From: an uncultured virus (IMG/VR IMGVR_UViG_3300003375_000022) | Taxonomy: Duplodnaviria > Heunggongvirae > Uroviricota > Caudoviricetes | Virus record (IMG/VR): IMGVR_UViG_3300003375_000022 | Direction: 5' to 3' (one strand) | Length of the DNA: 64,000 nt | Shown: positions 52,500 to 60,822 of the stretch, one piece after another | Numbering within the stretch: position 1 is the stretch's first letter | Layout of the letters: every line of letters starts with the position of its first letter | Position numbers and translations under genes: made by a program | The notes under the pieces: model-generated | The model's input: the letters and a program-made list of their open reading frames with translations, nothing else | Databases searched by the model: none | Told to the model about the DNA's origin: nothing

Positions 52500-52835
52500 T
52501 TAATTTTTAGAATTAAATTCAATCCAATCGGAACTTACTATGTCTGTTTGAGAAGCAAGCCATCCGTTTACAATTGAATCATCGGCAGCTTTCATACAAA
52601 TATACGCAGTAAACTTAACCGCTATATTTGCTTCTGCGTGTTCGGTTATCAAAGCATAATAATCTTTTACCGATTGAGGAATTGATTTTATATTTTCTAC
52701 TATTGTTTTGACTGGTATTTGGTCTTCTGGGCGCATAAACAAAAACATATTTTTGCCGTTCCATCCTTTACGTGTTACTAATTTACCTTCTTTTAAGCGA
52801 ACTATCGCCCACACGAAATCTTGAACTTCTCCCAT
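52500..52835 (-). CDS. DUF2829 protein (Tad2-like anti-defence sponge family)
   Basis: F.WAI..LKEGKLVTRKGWNGKNMFL...WLASQTDIVSSDW. Confidence 0.8.
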   Translation of the reverse strand: MGEVQDFVWAIVRLKEGKLVTRKGWNGKNMFLFMRPEDQIPVKTIVENIKSIPQSVKDYYALITEHAEANIAVKFTAYICMKAADDSIVNGWLASQTDIVSSDWIEFNSKN

Positions 52836-53129
52836 GATTTATTTATTTTTAATTATTAATTGTTTCTTGATTTTCTTGTTCTTGCAATTCGCGCACATAA
52901 ATACCAAAGTCTTCTTGAAAGTTTTTCTTTTTATCAAAAATAATTACACTCATTTTATCTATTTGCGCTTCTGTTTTTAGTTTCAATATTTCGAGTTCAT
53001 TTATGTCGTACCTACTTTTACACGCCTTATCTGAACCAATTAATTTAAGGCGAAGTTGTAGGCATTCCTTCATTGACTCGGAGGCTGCTATGCTAAGTAG
53101 GTGGTCTTCTATGATTTCGTTTAAGACCA

Positions 53130-53729
53130 CTACTTTAAAGCGTTTTTGATTTTTTGCCAGCGAGTTAATTTTATTTCTTTTACCGGAGCTTCTTTAATTA
53201 GCGGGTACACTAAAAAAACTAATTCGCTTCTTGGCTCTAACACTAAACTTAGATACGAATTGCAATCTATTTTTCTAATGATTCTTATGTCAACGATGCC
53301 ATTTTGGAATTGCATTGGATCGAGTGTAATTTTCATTGGAGTAAAGTATATGGAACCATCTCCTGTATGGTTTTCGTAATTTAATTCTTTTCTTAAATTG
53401 TCGTGGTTTTCTGATATTATTCTTATCATTCCAATCTTGAATGGTTTATACGCACTTTCTTTTAGTATATGAATATAACTATCATTTCTTTCCTGATGCA
53501 CCTGAGAATAAACTTCTATTCCTTCTTGACTGCCAAAATTTTTAGCGTTTCCGTGTACAGCTTCTCCGAATAAAACCGCTCTTCTTTGTTGGTCTGAAGT
53601 ATTTTTTATACACAAACAAACGGGGTGTTTGAATTCTCTTTTTGGTCTACCGGAAGACGAATACGTTTCTGTGTTTTCTTTTTGCTTCTTCTTGAATACG
53701 TTTTTGAAGTAATTTACTATTTTTTTCAT
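53130..53729 (-). CDS. Paralog of the candidate capsid protein
   Basis: NTSDQQRRAVLFG, NFG, FKIGMIR, DPMQFQNGIVDI, IDCNSYLSLVLEP...VYP align with 36651-37415. Confidence 0.7.
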   Translation of the reverse strand: MKKIVNYFKNVFKKKQKENTETYSSSGRPKREFKHPVCLCIKNTSDQQRRAVLFGEAVHGNAKNFGSQEGIEVYSQVHQERNDSYIHILKESAYKPFKIGMIRIISENHDNLRKELNYENHTGDGSIYFTPMKITLDPMQFQNGIVDIRIIRKIDCNSYLSLVLEPRSELVFLVYPLIKEAPVKEIKLTRWQKIKNALK

Positions 53730-54024
53730 ATTTATTTATTTATTTTTATTATCTTTTAATATGCTTCTACTTAAACATGCCGCCCAATTCTTTTATTTTT
53801 ACTTTAAGAGCATCAACTAATTCGTTTGTGGATTTTGGTTTTGATATTCCGCACTGGACAGCACACCTTATACCGTATTTCATTTTTTGGATAGCAAGTT
53901 TTTTAATGAGTTCATCGTTGTTAATTCCGAATTCATTTAGTGTGTCTATAACCTCATCAAGAATGTAGTTGTCGGTTGTAATTACACCGTTTTTATCTAT
54001 TTTTCTTCTTACTTTCATATATGT

Positions 54025-54867
54025 TTATTTATCAGCGTTACCGTAGTACATTTGATAGTGCCTTACACAAAGACCTTCGATAGCTTCTTGTGTTGAACAC
54101 GAATTTATACTTTCATACTCTTTAACATACTTTTTATTCAAACTAAGGTATTGTTCGCAAGCTTTTTTAAATTCTGCTTTAGTGAATTTGCCTTGAATTA
54201 TATTTTCTTCCTTATATATATAAATAAACATTCTTTTATCTCCATTATAATACCTATTATTGATAATCAATTGAGCTATTTTCCATAATTCAGGATTTGG
54301 TATCTTACCTATACAATCTTCCACTAAATCGGACTGATAAAACAGTCTAAACCATCTACTGTTAGCGAATACACGAGGTTCGACAGCTCTTAATGATTGA
54401 AAGGAAAGGGAAACATCTACTCCTTTGTGCCTTAAATTAACAAGACCACCGACCACTTCTTCCATGTGGGTTATGCTTAATATATAATTATTTGGATCTT
54501 CACAGATTAGTCCAATATTGAAGGTAGAATTCACAAGGTATTCTAATACTTTTTTCTTTTGTTTTATGCCAAGACTCTTTGCGTCTATTACCCTACATTC
54601 AACTAAGTTAGAGCCACACCAAGCAACAACATCTTTTAGTGCTATTTTTTTGGGATTGAAGTTTGGAATTCCATTTCTTTCAAATTGCTCCTTTTTATAT
54701 TCTCCATTTACATCATAGACAAGTATTTTACGACCCATTACTTTGCTTTTAAAGTCGTCTGTGATATATGATTTTATGAAGTGCATTTTTTGGTACGTCT
54801 TTCCAACACCTTGTCCCCCGATGTCTGGCATCATTCCGCATTCTCTGTAACTAATTTCTTCTTTCAT
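54025..54867 (-). CDS. FtsK-HerA superfamily ATPase, A32/P9-like genome-packaging type
   Basis: Walker A GGQGVGKT, ILVYD, Walker B GLICED, NLRH arginine motif, SLSFQ; 280 aa with no nuclease domain. Confidence 0.7.
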   Translation of the reverse strand: MKEEISYRECGMMPDIGGQGVGKTYQKMHFIKSYITDDFKSKVMGRKILVYDVNGEYKKEQFERNGIPNFNPKKIALKDVVAWCGSNLVECRVIDAKSLGIKQKKKVLEYLVNSTFNIGLICEDPNNYILSITHMEEVVGGLVNLRHKGVDVSLSFQSLRAVEPRVFANSRWFRLFYQSDLVEDCIGKIPNPELWKIAQLIINNRYYNGDKRMFIYIYKEENIIQGKFTKAEFKKACEQYLSLNKKYVKEYESINSCSTQEAIEGLCVRHYQMYYGNADK

Positions 54868-54869
54868 TT

Positions 54870-55760
54870 TTATTTATTTATGATTCTCTTCCATATAAAC
54901 CCACAAGCAAATCCATTTTTATGTCTCCTTGAATTTCCTAATGTAGCTATATTTATGTTATTTTCTTCGGCAGCTTCTTTATAAGAAGAATACACGTTCA
55001 ATAGTTTTCCTTCTAACGAATATTTTTTTAAGCCTATTTTAGTTTTTTTAAATCGACCCTCTGCATAAGCCCTCTTTAAACCATTCGCTCTTTTTTTAAC
55101 ATCTTCTTGGAATTTATTTGAATCGTAGTAACGCTGCAATGTATTTCTTCTTTTTTCTCTGAATTCTTTTGTTTTCCACTTTTCTTTAGTGGCTTCATGA
55201 GCTTTTTTTAACTGAATTGCGCCCCTTTCTGTTTTAAAAAACTCTTTTAGGTTTTTTGACCTTTTTCTCAAAGCCTCTGGGTGCTCTTTTAAGTATTTTT
55301 TAATTCTGTCTGATTGAGCTTTTCTGTATTCTTTGTTTTTAAATTTTTTAACCATAATTTCGCCATGCCTTTTTTCTACCTCTCTTGCTTTTGGGGTTTC
55401 TCTAAACTTCCTTATAGCTTCTTTATGGTTGCCCCTGTAATCTTTTGATGTTCTCATTTTAGCAAACGAACCAGCGGCATCGGCAGAAAAGGAAACGTCC
55501 ATAAAGTTATACCCTACTTTTGGGTCGGTAGTTCCTAATTTTTTTATATAGTAAATTTCTTTTTTATCTACCTGTTCTTTTGTTTTGCAATAGCAAAGTA
55601 TTTCTCTTTTAAAATTTTCTCTTCCGTGTTTTCTAAAGGCTCTCTGTATGTAAGTTCCGCTACCCATGTATTTTTCCTTGTTTCCATTGTGCTGTCCAAT
55701 GTAAATCTTTCCATTCAAAAGGTTTGTAGTTTTATATACAAAAAACTTTTTCTCTTCCAT
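54870..55760 (-). CDS. GIY-YIG homing endonuclease (Seg-like) with NUMOD-type tail
   Basis: FVYKTTNLLNGKIYIGQH, YMGSG, GYN; C-terminal YSLEGKLLNVYSSYKEAA...GFIWK. Confidence 0.85.
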   Translation of the reverse strand: MEEKKFFVYKTTNLLNGKIYIGQHNGNKEKYMGSGTYIQRAFRKHGRENFKREILCYCKTKEQVDKKEIYYIKKLGTTDPKVGYNFMDVSFSADAAGSFAKMRTSKDYRGNHKEAIRKFRETPKAREVEKRHGEIMVKKFKNKEYRKAQSDRIKKYLKEHPEALRKRSKNLKEFFKTERGAIQLKKAHEATKEKWKTKEFREKRRNTLQRYYDSNKFQEDVKKRANGLKRAYAEGRFKKTKIGLKKYSLEGKLLNVYSSYKEAAEENNINIATLGNSRRHKNGFACGFIWKRIINK

Positions 55761-57082
55761 TACTCCTTAGTTTCTAAAGCACTTTCGATTATACCTTCAT
55801 TAATAGTGCCTCCATCAAATTTACTCAATTCCTCATCGAGTTCATTAAAACTTTGTTGCTGATAATTCACTGGATTCTCTTTAGTTGTTTCTTTAGCTGT
55901 TTCTTTTACCTGAGCCTCTCTTTCAGCTTGCGCCGAATCCGCGCTTTGTTTTTGAGCCTGCTCGTAATTATTGTGTTCTTCTTGCGTGTTTTCATGTTCA
56001 ACAACTTCACCCTGCTTCATTGCCCTCAACTGCATTAGTATAGAATTATTTTGCGCCGTCATTGTCAGCACATCTATAGCCTTCTCGCCAAGCATCTTTG
56101 CGCCAAGTGTAAGGAGTTCTTGCATCGGAGTTGGTGCAATACCTTTCTCCAACATTACATCTGCTAAAATATCAGCTAAATCCTTTTTTTCTTCCGCATC
56201 AAAATTCGCTAATGCGTTTGCACTAAACCTTTGTACTTTAAAAAATTGTTTTACCGTTGCCTGCTGCCCGCTATCTAAACTCAACAATAAAGTTAAGTCC
56301 ATTTCGTTATTTAATTCATACTCCGCAAGTTTGGCTTCCGATATATCTTTTGTTGCATACCAAACTAAACCCTTACCCGCCAACATACAAACACCTTCGA
56401 CTATGTATTTTGCCCAGCGCTTTGTAGATTTACGTTTTCTGTCGTTACCCATGTCGTTAAACGCTGGATTAACTGGGTTCGCAACATTTTTATTTCCACC
56501 ACCGTTTCCGTTTGGCTGTTGTGTTTTTTGTTGATTATTGCCTAAACCAGCGCCGCTATTACCGCCCCCTGAGTTTCCTGTCGGTTGTGCTTTTGCGCCA
56601 CCGTTATCCGAACTCGGAATTTCAAAAGCATCTCCCCAATTAGTAGGTTCGTCAAACGTCGTTTGTTGCGTAGTGCCTTCGGTTTCATTTCCGGGAGCCG
56701 TAAACTGATTATCCAACACATAATCACGAATGTTTGGGTTCTGCCTGTTTAATGGATTTATAACTTCGTGGTCGTTATCGGTAAATGTTTCTTGCTGAGC
56801 GCCGCCAGTATTGTCAGCGGAACTTGTTTCTTCAACAACACTTGCATTTTCTTCTGCGCTCGTATTTGTGCTTTTTGGCGCGTTATCTTTAACTTCTGTG
56901 AACTCTACGTTTTCTATGCAATACCTATTGTATAGTGTTTTTAGATCTTCTGAATTTTTTGCTGGTTCAAATGTAAAAGAAGAATCTTCTGCCATTTTTT
57001 TTTCAATAACTTCCTGCAAAGCCTTCACCATCTTCTTTTCGATGTAATTGGTGTTCCCTCTTTTCGAATATACCTTGATCAT
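55760..57082 (-). CDS. Hypothetical protein with low-complexity linker
   Basis: 440 aa ORF; Gly/Asn/Gln-rich middle, helical C-terminal half. Confidence 0.6.
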   Translation of the reverse strand: MIKVYSKRGNTNYIEKKMVKALQEVIEKKMAEDSSFTFEPAKNSEDLKTLYNRYCIENVEFTEVKDNAPKSTNTSAEENASVVEETSSADNTGGAQQETFTDNDHEVINPLNRQNPNIRDYVLDNQFTAPGNETEGTTQQTTFDEPTNWGDAFEIPSSDNGGAKAQPTGNSGGGNSGAGLGNNQQKTQQPNGNGGGNKNVANPVNPAFNDMGNDRKRKSTKRWAKYIVEGVCMLAGKGLVWYATKDISEAKLAEYELNNEMDLTLLLSLDSGQQATVKQFFKVQRFSANALANFDAEEKKDLADILADVMLEKGIAPTPMQELLTLGAKMLGEKAIDVLTMTAQNNSILMQLRAMKQGEVVEHENTQEEHNNYEQAQKQSADSAQAEREAQVKETAKETTKENPVNYQQQSFNELDEELSKFDGGTINEGIIESALETKE

Positions 57083-57091
57083 TCTATATAT

Positions 57092-57535
57092 TTATTTTGT
57101 TTTTTCTTCTATGAATTTTAGCAATTGCGATTTCAAATGTTCGTAAGCTTTTAAAAACTCTGCGTCCACTTTTATTTTAGGATTAGCTCCCTTGTATCTT
57201 TTTACGCCGTTGTATATGCTGTTTTGCCAGCTTCTTGAAAATATTCTGTTGGCTATGTGTCTTTGAGAAAGGTTTAAATCTAAATGTAATAAACAAAAAC
57301 AAACTTCTTTAGCGTCTTTAATTCTGCCTCTTGAGGTAGCTGTAGTTAATGTCCTTACACTTATGGAATATTTTTCGGAAACGCATTTTAGCACAAAATC
57401 AATTTCTTCTTTCTTTTCGTGCTTGCTATTAATACCCTTGATAAGCATTTTGTTTATTTCCTTTATTGGATATAACTTCAAGCTCTTATGCAAATTCCCC
57501 AATAAATTTTTTAAATCATCTTGTTTATCGCTCAT
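57092..57535 (-). CDS. DnaA C-terminal-like HTH DNA-binding protein
   Basis: VLKCVSEKYSISV..L....SRGRIKDAKEVCFCLL...LSQRHIA..IF.R...SIYNGVK. Confidence 0.7.
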   Translation of the reverse strand: MSDKQDDLKNLLGNLHKSLKLYPIKEINKMLIKGINSKHEKKEEIDFVLKCVSEKYSISVRTLTTATSRGRIKDAKEVCFCLLHLDLNLSQRHIANRIFSRSWQNSIYNGVKRYKGANPKIKVDAEFLKAYEHLKSQLLKFIEEKTK

Positions 57536-57642
57536 CTTTATAAATTACTCTTTGTGCAAACATATATAAAATATTTGACCAACGGAATATTGTTAATAAA
57601 TTATTAATAAAAGTTAATTTTGTATTTCATCAAATAAAAAGT

Positions 57643-57927
57643 ATGAACGACTTCAATAAGAATGATAAGCAAGTATATTTTAACCGAGTTAAGGGTTCTG
57701 TATGCGAATTAAATGAGAGCGATAAATTTTGCTCTATAACACTAAGTGTTGGTCACGAAAATTCAAGGTTTGCAAATTTTGTTTGCAAAAAATCAGAATT
57801 TGAAAAATACAAACAATTCCTAAACATAGAAGATAAAGTAACTATCCAATTTTATATAGTAAGTAGGTTTAAAGCTGGCAGGTGGTACACCAGTGCTACT
57901 ATTCTTGATGTTCTAAAAGAAGTTTAA
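57643..57927 (+). CDS. OB-fold, SSB-like protein (DUF3127-like)
   Basis: EDKVTIQFYIVSRFKAGRWYTS pattern. Confidence 0.5.
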   Translation: MNDFNKNDKQVYFNRVKGSVCELNESDKFCSITLSVGHENSRFANFVCKKSEFEKYKQFLNIEDKVTIQFYIVSRFKAGRWYTSATILDVLKEV

Positions 57928-58173
57928 TTTACTCATTGTTTTTATTTTTAGTATTTATTTACGTTTCTTTTTTAAAATTTCAATTGTTTTCTGAAGGGTG
58001 TCTATTTTGTTTTCTATCGAATAATTGTATTCGTTGCATTTACTTAACGAAGCTTGCATAGATTCTATTTTTTTGTTTGTATCAAAATACATAACAGCTA
58101 TTATTAATAAAATTAAAATTGCTAAAGTGGTGGCTATTGCATCTTTTATAAATTCTTTCATTTTTTGTTTTTT

Positions 58174-58491
58174 TTAAGTGAACTCGTATTGGTCATTGTT
58201 GTTTACTATCGTTGTTCTGAAAGGAAAAGAATCTTCAGGTATATTATCAAGTGTTTTCATTAATAATTTTGCTATAGAAAATGCTACATATTTTGTATTT
58301 TCCAAACTTATCTGAATGTATAAACACTTATCACTCCCTTTTTCTGGGTATTTAGAATCTTTAATTTCATGAAAATGAACGATTATTTCTTTACCTAAAA
58401 TTTTCGCTATTCTTATTTTTTCTCCAACAAATCTTTTCCCTTCAACTTTTATGCCTAATTCGGAAAATTTTTTAATAGATTGATCTTTCAT
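58174..58491 (-). CDS. Small beta-rich protein overlapping the RT 3' end; candidate DGR accessory factor
   Basis: 105 aa, 20 nt overlap with RT; not a helical Avd pattern. Confidence 0.5.
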   Translation of the reverse strand: MKDQSIKKFSELGIKVEGKRFVGEKIRIAKILGKEIIVHFHEIKDSKYPEKGSDKCLYIQISLENTKYVAFSIAKLLMKTLDNIPEDSFPFRTTIVNNNDQYEFT

Positions 58492-59437
58492 ACAATATTT
58501 TATTTTTTAAGTTAATACAGTTCCCATGTTTAAACCAGCCAAGATAAGAAGCTAACGATTGTTTATTAAACCTATTTTTAACCATTTTTATAAACTCGTC
58601 CTTTATGGTTGGTCTTATCAAGGTATGGGTTTGGAAAAATACATATCCCAAGAAATTAATTCCCCTTGATTCTACTGGGAAAATTTGGTAATTTGGTTTA
58701 AGTTCTAATTTAAGGTTTTCTTTTAAATATGATTTTATATTAGCTAATATTTTGTGTAAAAATTCTTTTGAATCGGAAAGAACTATACAGTCATCGCAAT
58801 ACCTTATGTAATTCAGCGCACCCTGCTTTTCTTTTACCCAATGATCAAAATATGTGAGGTAAAAATTACCTAATGTTTGACTTGAGTAGTTGCCTATTGG
58901 CAATCCAACCGCACTATCAACAATGTCGTCAAGTAGCCAAAGTAAATCTGAATCTTTAAACTTTTTTCTTAGCATATGTTTTAATATTTCGTTATCTACG
59001 GAAGGGTAGAATTTTCTTACATCTATTTTCAAACAATACTTAGTTTGTTCTTTATTTTTAAGAATTAATTTTAACTTACGTACGGCGGCATGGACACCTC
59101 TTCCTTTTATGCAACTATATGTATCCGCGGTAAATGTTTTTGTAAAATAAGGTTCTAAAACATTCATCGCTGCATGTTGAACTATTCTGTCCGGATAGTA
59201 CGGCAGCTTATACACTACTCTTTCTTTTGGATCTTTTATTTTAAATGTAATGTACCTTGAAGTTGTGTATGTTTTGTTTTTAAGTTGTTCGTGTAGCGTT
59301 AAAATATTTTCGTTGCTGTTTTCGTCATACTTTTTTACGCACACTCTTTTTACCTTACCCTTTCTTGCTTTAATTTCGGCAGAAAACAAGTTTTCAACAC
59401 TTATTATTTCTTGATACAAATTACCTTTTCTTTTCAT
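58472..59437 (-). CDS. DGR reverse transcriptase
   Basis: KERVV, DRIVQHA, KIDVRKFYPSV, GLPIGNYSSQ, YIRYCDD, FLGY. Confidence 0.95.
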   Translation of the reverse strand: MKRKGNLYQEIISVENLFSAEIKARKGKVKRVCVKKYDENSNENILTLHEQLKNKTYTTSRYITFKIKDPKERVVYKLPYYPDRIVQHAAMNVLEPYFTKTFTADTYSCIKGRGVHAAVRKLKLILKNKEQTKYCLKIDVRKFYPSVDNEILKHMLRKKFKDSDLLWLLDDIVDSAVGLPIGNYSSQTLGNFYLTYFDHWVKEKQGALNYIRYCDDCIVLSDSKEFLHKILANIKSYLKENLKLELKPNYQIFPVESRGINFLGYVFFQTHTLIRPTIKDEFIKMVKNRFNKQSLASYLGWFKHGNCINLKNKILYERSIY

Positions 59438-59544
59438 TAAACCTTTGCTTTAAAAGTAGTTTTCTTACTAAAATACTAACAACTTTATTCTAATCATTTA
59501 TTTTTTACCTTGCTGGTATGGTTTTATGCTGGTATTTTAAACAT

Positions 59545-59625
59545 TTAGCATAGTCGGGAGGCGGAATTCGCATTCGCATTCGAATTGTCGTAATTCGTGT
59601 CGTTGAACTCGAATCCCGAAGAAAC
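59545..59625 (-). repeat. DGR template repeat (TR)
   Basis: GTTTCTTCGGGATTCGAGTTC AAC GAC ACG AAT TAC GAC AAT TCG AAT GCG AAT GCG AAT TCC GCC TCC CGA CTA TGC TAA; intergenic, AAY-rich. Confidence 0.93.
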
Positions 59626-59680
59626 CGCCATCTTCACAGCATAAAACCTTTTTCATATTTTTTCTTTGGATTTCATTGAT

Positions 59681-60157
59681 CTATTGAAGATCAATGAAAT
59701 CCTTATCAACATCGATGAATTTCTTCGCGTAATCTATGGCGCACTCTTCATTCGGAAAGCAAAGGCGGGAGGCGGAAACCGCATACGCAGACGAAAAGTC
59801 GTAAAACGTGTCGCGGAACTCGAACCCCGACGAAACCAAGTAGTACGGATACCATCTTCTTTCGTTTCGTTTGGCAACCCAATTTTCCCTATACACTTTT
59901 GATATACGCATCTTTTTTATAAATGCTCTTACAACTTTGTTTTCTGATTCATCAAAATTATCTATATTTACCACATCGTTTTTTTCGTTGTAGTTTCCTA
60001 TAGATAAAACATCATTGTAGTCGTTTATTCTTTCTGTAATTTTTTTATTGAAAAATTCTTTTCCAAAATTTAATTCAAGTATTTGTTTAAACTCCGAAGA
60101 TGCAGATGGGTACAATCTTAGTGCGTCGTGTTCGTTTAATTCTAATTGCTTTTTCAT
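59681..60157 (-). CDS. DGR target protein 1
   Basis: Likely start MKKQLELN at 60157; contains VR1. Confidence 0.85.
   Translation of the reverse strand: MKKQLELNEHDALRLYPSASSEFKQILELNFGKEFFNKKITERINDYNDVLSIGNYNEKNDVVNIDNFDESENKVVRAFIKKMRISKVYRENWVAKRNERRWYPYYLVSSGFEFRDTFYDFSSAYAVSASRLCFPNEECAIDYAKKFIDVDKDFIDLQ
59756..59836 (-). repeat. DGR variable repeat VR1
   Basis: 81 nt; 17 mismatches to TR by my count, 16 at TR adenines. Confidence 0.92.
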
Positions 60158-60234
60158 TTTTTCTGTTTTTAAATATTTAATTATTTTAAAATTCGATTTT
60201 TGCTTCGCAAAAATTTGCAGAAGTTTTTCAATCA

Positions 60235-60723
60235 TTACTTCGTAATAAAATTTCTGTACTCATTAGTGAAAGTTTTTCCGGCATATTCTGCGAGTTCTTT
60301 GGTTTTGAAGCAAAGGCGGGAGGCGGAATCCGCACACGCACTCGAAGTGACGCAACGCGCGCCGTCGAACTCGAATCCCGAAGAAACCGAGTACCAAGAA
60401 TACCATCTATTTTCTGAACCATCCATTTTAGGAATCCACCCTTCGTTTAATGCTTTAGCCAATAATACACATATCATTTCGTACTTGGAGTGCAGGAGCA
60501 GTTCATCACTTCCATTATACTTTATTAAAGCTAAAACTTCTTTTGAAGGTTTTGTTATACTTAATACGTCCTTTAGTGTTTTAACCTTGCCTGTAATTGA
60601 CTTTGGTTTGTTTTTTAATTTAGCCGCTTCTACTTTAGCGATTAGCGCTTTTTCTTTTTTAACGGCTAATTCTTTTTGTTGTGTAGCTGCTTTTAATTGC
60701 TGCTCTAATGTTTGTTTTTTCAT
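60235..60723 (-). CDS. DGR target protein 2
   Basis: 162 aa paralog of target 1; contains VR2. Confidence 0.88.
   Translation of the reverse strand: MKKQTLEQQLKAATQQKELAVKKEKALIAKVEAAKLKNKPKSITGKVKTLKDVLSITKPSKEVLALIKYNGSDELLLHSKYEMICVLLAKALNEGWIPKMDGSENRWYSWYSVSSGFEFDGARCVTSSACADSASRLCFKTKELAEYAGKTFTNEYRNFITK
60307..60387 (-). repeat. DGR variable repeat VR2
   Basis: 81 nt; 16 mismatches to TR by my count, all at TR adenines. Confidence 0.93.
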
Positions 60724-60739
60724 TTTTTCTGTTTTTTAA

Positions 60740-60820
60740 TTTAACTTCTAACTTTTTGTTACACAAATGTACTACAACTTTTTGTACCCACAATGAGGCA
60801 ATGGAAAAGTTATTAACATT
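60740..60820 (-). promoter_or_regulatory. Repeated promoter element, copy D, upstream of the DGR operon
   Basis: ATGTTAATAACTT...CCTCATTGTGGGTACAAAAAGTTGTAGTACATTTGTGTAACAAAAAGTTAGAAG. Confidence 0.72.
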
Positions 60821-60822
60821 TT

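Noticed and set aside
50016..53130. Weak similarity between 50016-50477 and 52849-53130
   Set aside because: Both are coiled-coil-like and the resemblance may be compositional; not supportable without an alignment
57092..57640. Cellular dnaA and oriC
   Set aside because: Only the C-terminal HTH-like domain is present, with no AAA+ domain and no dnaN context
58472..59437. Group II intron or retron RT
   Set aside because: Short, no maturase or endonuclease extension, has the PIGNxxSQ motif and an adjacent TR/VR set
59545..60387. CRISPR array or simple tandem repeat
   Set aside because: Three copies only, two inside ORFs, and mismatches almost all at adenines beside an RT gene, which is a DGR pattern
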